Positions 6,320 to 10,106 of a stretch of DNA of 10,106 bases are shown here, piece by piece. The translations under genes and the position numbers were made by a program. Numbering within the stretch: the first letter of the stretch is position 1; every line of letters begins with the position of its first letter. Under the pieces are notes generated by a model. It did no database searches and was not told the origin of the DNA. It worked only from the letters and a program-made list of their open reading frames with translations. Source of the DNA: Myxococcales bacterium (GTDB lineage Bacteria; Myxococcota_A; UBA9160; SMWR01). The DNA lies in contig JACZXC010000071.1 of NCBI GenBank assembly GCA_022571825.1, positions 1-10,106 of the forward strand, read 5' to 3'.

Positions 6320-7768
6320 ATGGGCCGATCCGAAATGCTTCGTCCGATTGGACCCGCGGTCTTCGAGCTCCCGCGCGACTTTCGTCCCGGCATGCGGGTT
6401 CCGGTGCGGATTTACGGTACAGAGAAGCTGGTGGCCGAAATGGACCCCGAGGTCTTCCGGCAGGCCGCGAACGTCGCCACCCTGCCGGGCATCGTCGAAG
6501 CCAGCTTCTGCATGCCCGACGCGCACCGGGGCTATGGATTCCCGATCGGCGGGGTTGCCGCCATCGATGCCGAGACGGGGGTGATCTCGCCCGGCGGGAT
6601 CGGCTTCGACATCAACTGCGGCATGCGGCTCGTGCGCACCGACCTGCGCTGGCCAGAGGTTCAGCCACGCCTGCGCGAACTCGTCGATGCCCTGGCGGAT
6701 CGCGTGCCGGCGGGAGTGGGTTCCCGAGGCTTCGTGCGGGTGACCCGCGACGAGTTCCGCGAGCTGCTGGAAGGAGGCGCGGGCTGGGCGGTCGCCCGGG
6801 GGTACGGGACCGAAGCGGACCTGGAGACGACCGAGGAGAAGGGCTGCTTCGAGAGCGCCGACCCGGCGTGCGTAAGCGAGCGGGCCATCGAGCGGGGTCA
6901 ACGACAGATCGGCACCCTCGGCTCGGGAAACCACTACCTGGAAATCCAGGTGCTTCGGCCCGATGGAATCTTCGATGCAAGGCTCGCGAAGGCTTTCGGC
7001 CTTTCGCTCCCGGAGCAGGTCGTCGTGATGTTTCACTGCGGCAGCCGGGGATTTGGACATCAGGTAGCGACGGATTACCTGCGATCGTTTCGCCGGAGCA
7101 TGCCGAAGGAGTACGGACTCGACCGCGAGCTGGCGTGTGCCCCCTTTGCATCCCCCGATGGCCGCGACTATTACGGCGCGATGTGCTGCGCCGCCAACAT
7201 GTCTTTCGCGAACCGTCAGGTGATCCTTCACCGCATCCGCGAGGTCTTCTCCGATGTGTTTGGTCGCGATCCCGACGCGCTGGGGATCCGGAACGTCTAC
7301 GACGTGGCCCACAACACTGCGAAGCTGGAGCGCATCGAGCTCGGCGGATGCGAACGCACGCTGCTGGTCCATCGCAAGGGCTCTACCCGTGCGCTTCCGC
7401 CGGGCCATCCGGAGCTTCCGCCCGTGTATCGCCAGACGGGCCAACCGGTCATCATCGGTGGCAGCATGGAGACCGGTTCCTACGTCCTGGCGGGTGTGGC
7501 CAGTGGGATTGCCAGCTTCTACAGCAGCGCCCACGGAAGCGGGCGGAGGATGAGCCGCACCCAGGCCCGCAAGCTGGTGCGGGGCCGGGAGCTTCGGGAG
7601 CGCATGGCGAGACGGGGAATCTGGGTCCGCGCCGCCTCCGATCGCGGCCTCGCCGAGGAGGCGGCCATCGCCTACAAGGATGTCGATGAGGTGGCCGAGG
7701 CCAGCGAGATCGCCGGGCTGTCGCGACGCGTGGCCCATCTGATTCCGGTCGGAAACGTGAAGGGATGA
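6320..7768 (+). CDS. rtcB: RNA-splicing ligase RtcB (3'-phosphate/5'-hydroxyl RNA ligase), archaeal/Thermus-type
   Basis: The 482-aa product aligns by eye along its whole length with Pyrococcus RtcB. Shared segments include GMRVPVRIY, NVATLPGIVEASFCMPDAHRGYGFPIGGVAAID, GVISPGGIGFDINCG, GSGNHYLEIQV, HCGSRGFGHQVATDYL, YDVAHNTAK, HRKGSTRALPPGH, GQPVIIGGSMETGSY and YKDVDEV. The start is the ATG at 6320 or 6335. Confidence 0.95.
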   Translation: MGRSEMLRPIGPAVFELPRDFRPGMRVPVRIYGTEKLVAEMDPEVFRQAANVATLPGIVEASFCMPDAHRGYGFPIGGVAAIDAETGVISPGGIGFDINCGMRLVRTDLRWPEVQPRLRELVDALADRVPAGVGSRGFVRVTRDEFRELLEGGAGWAVARGYGTEADLETTEEKGCFESADPACVSERAIERGQRQIGTLGSGNHYLEIQVLRPDGIFDARLAKAFGLSLPEQVVVMFHCGSRGFGHQVATDYLRSFRRSMPKEYGLDRELACAPFASPDGRDYYGAMCCAANMSFANRQVILHRIREVFSDVFGRDPDALGIRNVYDVAHNTAKLERIELGGCERTLLVHRKGSTRALPPGHPELPPVYRQTGQPVIIGGSMETGSYVLAGVASGIASFYSSAHGSGRRMSRTQARKLVRGRELRERMARRGIWVRAASDRGLAEEAAIAYKDVDEVAEASEIAGLSRRVAHLIPVGNVKG

Positions 7769-8790
7769 CTCGAGGCGCGCCTCGCGGGAGCGGGGACCTG
7801 ACCAAACGGACGCTCCCGACGGGGAAACTTCCCGCCGCGCTGCTCGGGGAGCTTCTGGCCTCGGGTCCGCCCCTGCCCGACGAGGTTCTTCTGGGGCCGA
7901 GGGTTGGAGAGGACGCCTGTGCGATCCGGGTGAAGTCCGGGGTGCTCGTGGCGGCCACCGATCCCATCACCCTCACCGGCGGCGACGTTGGAGGACACGC
8001 CGTGGTGATCAATGCCAATGACGTCGCGGTCCTGGGCGTGCGCCCCCGTTGGTTCCTCGCGTGCGTATTGATGCCACCCACCGCCACCGAGGCCGACATC
8101 CGCGTCCTGTTCGCGGACACGCGTACCGCCCTGGAGAGTGTCGGCGCCGCCCTCGTGGGAGGACACACGGAGGTGACGGAGGCCGTCAATCAACCGGTCG
8201 TCGTGGGACAGATGTTGGGACTGCGTGAGGACGGACACTTCGTTCCGACCCGGGGGATGGGGGAGACCGACGCGGTACTTCAGGTCGGTCTCGCGCCGGT
8301 GGAAGGGGCCGCTGTACTCGCCCGAGAAGCCGACTTCGACGTGCCGCCGGATATGCTGGCCCGGGCCCGTGACGCGCTGCGCGATCCGGGCATCAGCATC
8401 GTGAAGGCGGCGCTGCGGGCCGCCGAGCTGGGGGCAACCGCGCTCCACGATCCCACCGAGGGTGGACTCTCCGCCGGCCTGCATGAACTGGCCGACGCAT
8501 CCGGGGTGGCATTGTGTATCGATGCCGATGCGGTCCTGTGGTTCCCGAGTGGTCTCGCCGTGTGCGCCGCGCTGGGGGCCGATCCCTGGGGTGTGCTTGC
8601 CTCCGGGACGCTGCTGGCCGCCTTTCCCGGGTCGTCCGCCGAGGAGATACTTGCCATCCTGGTAGGGGAGGGGTTCCCGGTCGCGATCATCGCCCGCGCC
8701 GAGCGGGGAAACGGCGTGCGGCTGGCCGATGGCTCGCCGCTTCGACGTTACGAGCGCGACGAGGTCTCGCGGGTGCTGGACACCGCTTGA
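7765..8790 (+). CDS. AIR-synthase-related (PurM-like superfamily) protein, HypE-like but lacking the HypE C-terminal PRIC motif
   Basis: The ATG at 7765 overlaps the rtcB stop (ATGA, 7765..7768). The product (KLPAALLGELL...DACAIRVKSGVLVAATDPITLTGGDVGGHAVVINANDVAVLGVRPRWF...GGHTEVTEAV...) matches the HypE/PurM N-domain pattern TD..I.P..F.GG.IG..A...ANDVAV.GA.PR. A C-terminal AIRS_C-like domain is present. There is no terminal Cys and no SelD-type N-terminal Cys/Sec. Confidence 0.75.
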   Translation: MTRGAPRGSGDLTKRTLPTGKLPAALLGELLASGPPLPDEVLLGPRVGEDACAIRVKSGVLVAATDPITLTGGDVGGHAVVINANDVAVLGVRPRWFLACVLMPPTATEADIRVLFADTRTALESVGAALVGGHTEVTEAVNQPVVVGQMLGLREDGHFVPTRGMGETDAVLQVGLAPVEGAAVLAREADFDVPPDMLARARDALRDPGISIVKAALRAAELGATALHDPTEGGLSAGLHELADASGVALCIDADAVLWFPSGLAVCAALGADPWGVLASGTLLAAFPGSSAEEILAILVGEGFPVAIIARAERGNGVRLADGSPLRRYERDEVSRVLDTA

Positions 8791-8871
8791 GCTCCAGACG
8801 CGGCAGCTCGCTGCAGGAGGTCGTCGACTTCAGGTGGCCTACCATCGCGGCCTCGAGCAGGTGAGCCGTCG

Positions 8872-9891
8872 GTGACAAACGTGAGCATTCTGGGGGCGGG
8901 GGCCTTTGGGACCGCGCTGGCCATTTACGCCGGCGGCCTCGGTCATCGGGTTCGTGTCTGGGCCTTCGACGATGGACTCCCCGAGGCGGTGGCGGCCCAG
9001 GGCGAGAACTCCCTGTACCTTCCGGGCTTCCCCGTTTCCGAAGAGATCGGCTTCACCAACGAAATCGCCGAGGCGCTGGCCGGAGCCGACCTGGTGATGT
9101 TTGTGGTCCCCTCGGCATACATGCGCAGCGTGAGCACTGCCGCAGCACCGTGGATTCCGGACGAGGCCTTGATCACCTCGACCGCCAAGGGCATCGAGAG
9201 CGAGAGCCTGGCCACGATGAGCGGGGTTCTGGAAGAGACGCTGCCGTCGCGTCGAAGTCGTCTCACGTTTCTGTCCGGTCCGAGCTTTGCGCGCGACGTG
9301 GCATCGGGTCTTCCCGCGGATGTTGCACTGGCGGCGTCGGATATCGATGTCGCGCGCAGCGTGCAGTCGATCCTCCACTCGCCGCGCTTCCGCGTCTACA
9401 CCAGCGACGACGTCATCGGAGTCGAGCTGGGCGGGGCGCTGAAGAACGTGATTGCCGTCGCCTGCGGCGCCGCTCACGGGCTCGGCATGGGAGCGTCCGC
9501 CCTGGCGTCGTTGATGACCCGGGGACTGGCTGAAATCGCGCGACTGGGCGTCGCGCTGGGCGCGAATCCGTTGACGTTCCTCGGACTGGCCGGCGTCGGC
9601 GACCTGACCCTCACCTGCAACGGCGAGTTGTCACGGAATCGACAATTGGGCCTGCGCCTGGCTCGGGGGGAGCGGGCTGAAGAGATCGCCGCTTCGCAGA
9701 AGGCGGTGGCCGAGGGCTACATGAGCGCGCGTCCGGTGCACCGGCTGGCGGGGCGCGAGGGCGTCGAGATGCCCATCGCCGAAGCGGTCTATCGCGTGTG
9801 TTGCGAAGGGGCCGACGTACGCGAGGAAGCCGCCGCACTGATGCAGCGAGAGATGAAGGACGAGCTCGCGGGAGTGTTCGCTCCCCGGTGA
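8872..9891 (+). CDS. gpsA: NAD(P)H-dependent glycerol-3-phosphate dehydrogenase
   Basis: The GTG at 8872 has an AGGTGA RBS 7 nt upstream. The product has the Rossmann N-terminus [12 protein letters not shown] and the GpsA motifs [24 protein letters not shown] and GDLTLTC. It is 339 aa, typical of GpsA. Confidence 0.9.
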   Translation: MTNVSILGAGAFGTALAIYAGGLGHRVRVWAFDDGLPEAVAAQGENSLYLPGFPVSEEIGFTNEIAEALAGADLVMFVVPSAYMRSVSTAAAPWIPDEALITSTAKGIESESLATMSGVLEETLPSRRSRLTFLSGPSFARDVASGLPADVALAASDIDVARSVQSILHSPRFRVYTSDDVIGVELGGALKNVIAVACGAAHGLGMGASALASLMTRGLAEIARLGVALGANPLTFLGLAGVGDLTLTCNGELSRNRQLGLRLARGERAEEIAASQKAVAEGYMSARPVHRLAGREGVEMPIAEAVYRVCCEGADVREEAAALMQREMKDELAGVFAPR

Positions 9892-10106
9892 GACGCGCCG
9901 CGCCCTGGGTGCTCCTGGCGGCCGGCGTGGCCGTGTTTCTGTCCGAGTCCTGGGTTCGGCACGCCCAACTCGACGACGCCTACATCTCCTACCGCTACGC
10001 GGACAATCTCGTCTCGGGGCTCGGGCTCGTCTACAACCCGGGTGAGCGCGTCGAGGGCATGACGAATTTGCTCTGGACACTGCTCGTGGCCGTCGGGATG
10101 GGCCTG
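9888..10106 (+). CDS. Integral membrane protein, N-terminal fragment (possible GT-C-type glycosyltransferase-like). It continues beyond the window end.
   Basis: The GTG at 9888 overlaps the gpsA stop (GTGA). My translation is [73 protein letters not shown]. It has a TM helix, a [28 protein letters not shown] motif and a second TM helix. GC3 is high with no stop to the window end. The functional assignment is tentative. Confidence 0.45.
   Translation, partial: MRRAAPWVLLAAGVAVFLSESWVRHAQLDDAYISYRYADNLVSGLGLVYNPGERVEGMTNLLWTLLVAVGMGL

Noticed and set aside
5537-7738. 733-aa minus-strand ORF, the largest in the track
   Set aside because: It is antisense to the unambiguous rtcB gene for most of its length and antisense to the repeat gene for the rest. 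It reads as Ala/Gly/Arg/Pro-rich low-complexity sequence with a non-protein-like C-terminus. It is a high-GC antisense artefact.
7452-8484. Minus-strand ORFs of 245 aa and 270 aa
   Set aside because: They are antisense to the rtcB 3' end and the PurM-like gene, and both have Pro/Arg/Gly-rich composition.
8839-9477. 212-aa minus-strand ORF
   Set aside because: It is antisense to gpsA, which is unambiguous.

Overview
High-GC (~68-70%) bacterial chromosomal window with dense coding on both strands. Several long ORFs in the six-frame track are antisense artefacts of real genes.

Supported genes, in order:
- 1..367 (-): N-terminus of an enoyl-CoA hydratase/isomerase (crotonase). It runs off the window edge, so it is absent from the ORF track.
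- 516..749 (+) and 819..1451 (+): a small acidic hypothetical protein and a lipoprotein with an LAGC lipobox.
- 3627..4454, 2584..3474 and 1448..2560 (all -): a three-gene cluster of a 6TM voltage-gated-type K+ channel ending in a zinc ribbon, a multi-zinc-ribbon protein with two TFIIB-type ribbons, and an SPFH/Band-7 protein with a C-terminal DUF4339 (GYF-like) domain. The last two are tightly coupled.
- 4582..5577 (+): a Zn-dependent alcohol dehydrogenase.
- 5669..6220 (+): a signal-peptide-bearing protein made almost entirely of 11-residue Asp/Arg repeats carrying about 11 RGD motifs, encoded by a 33-bp tandem DNA repeat.
- 6320..7768 (+): an archaeal-type RtcB RNA ligase.
- 7765..8790 (+): a PurM/HypE-like protein translationally coupled to RtcB.
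- 8872..9891 (+): GpsA.
- 9888..10106 (+): the start of a membrane protein.

The most interesting candidates are:
- the Kch / zinc-ribbon / SPFH-DUF4339 module, which resembles a PspA-less YdjG/YdjI-type membrane-stress module;
- the RtcB / PurM-like pairing;
- the RGD-repeat secreted protein.
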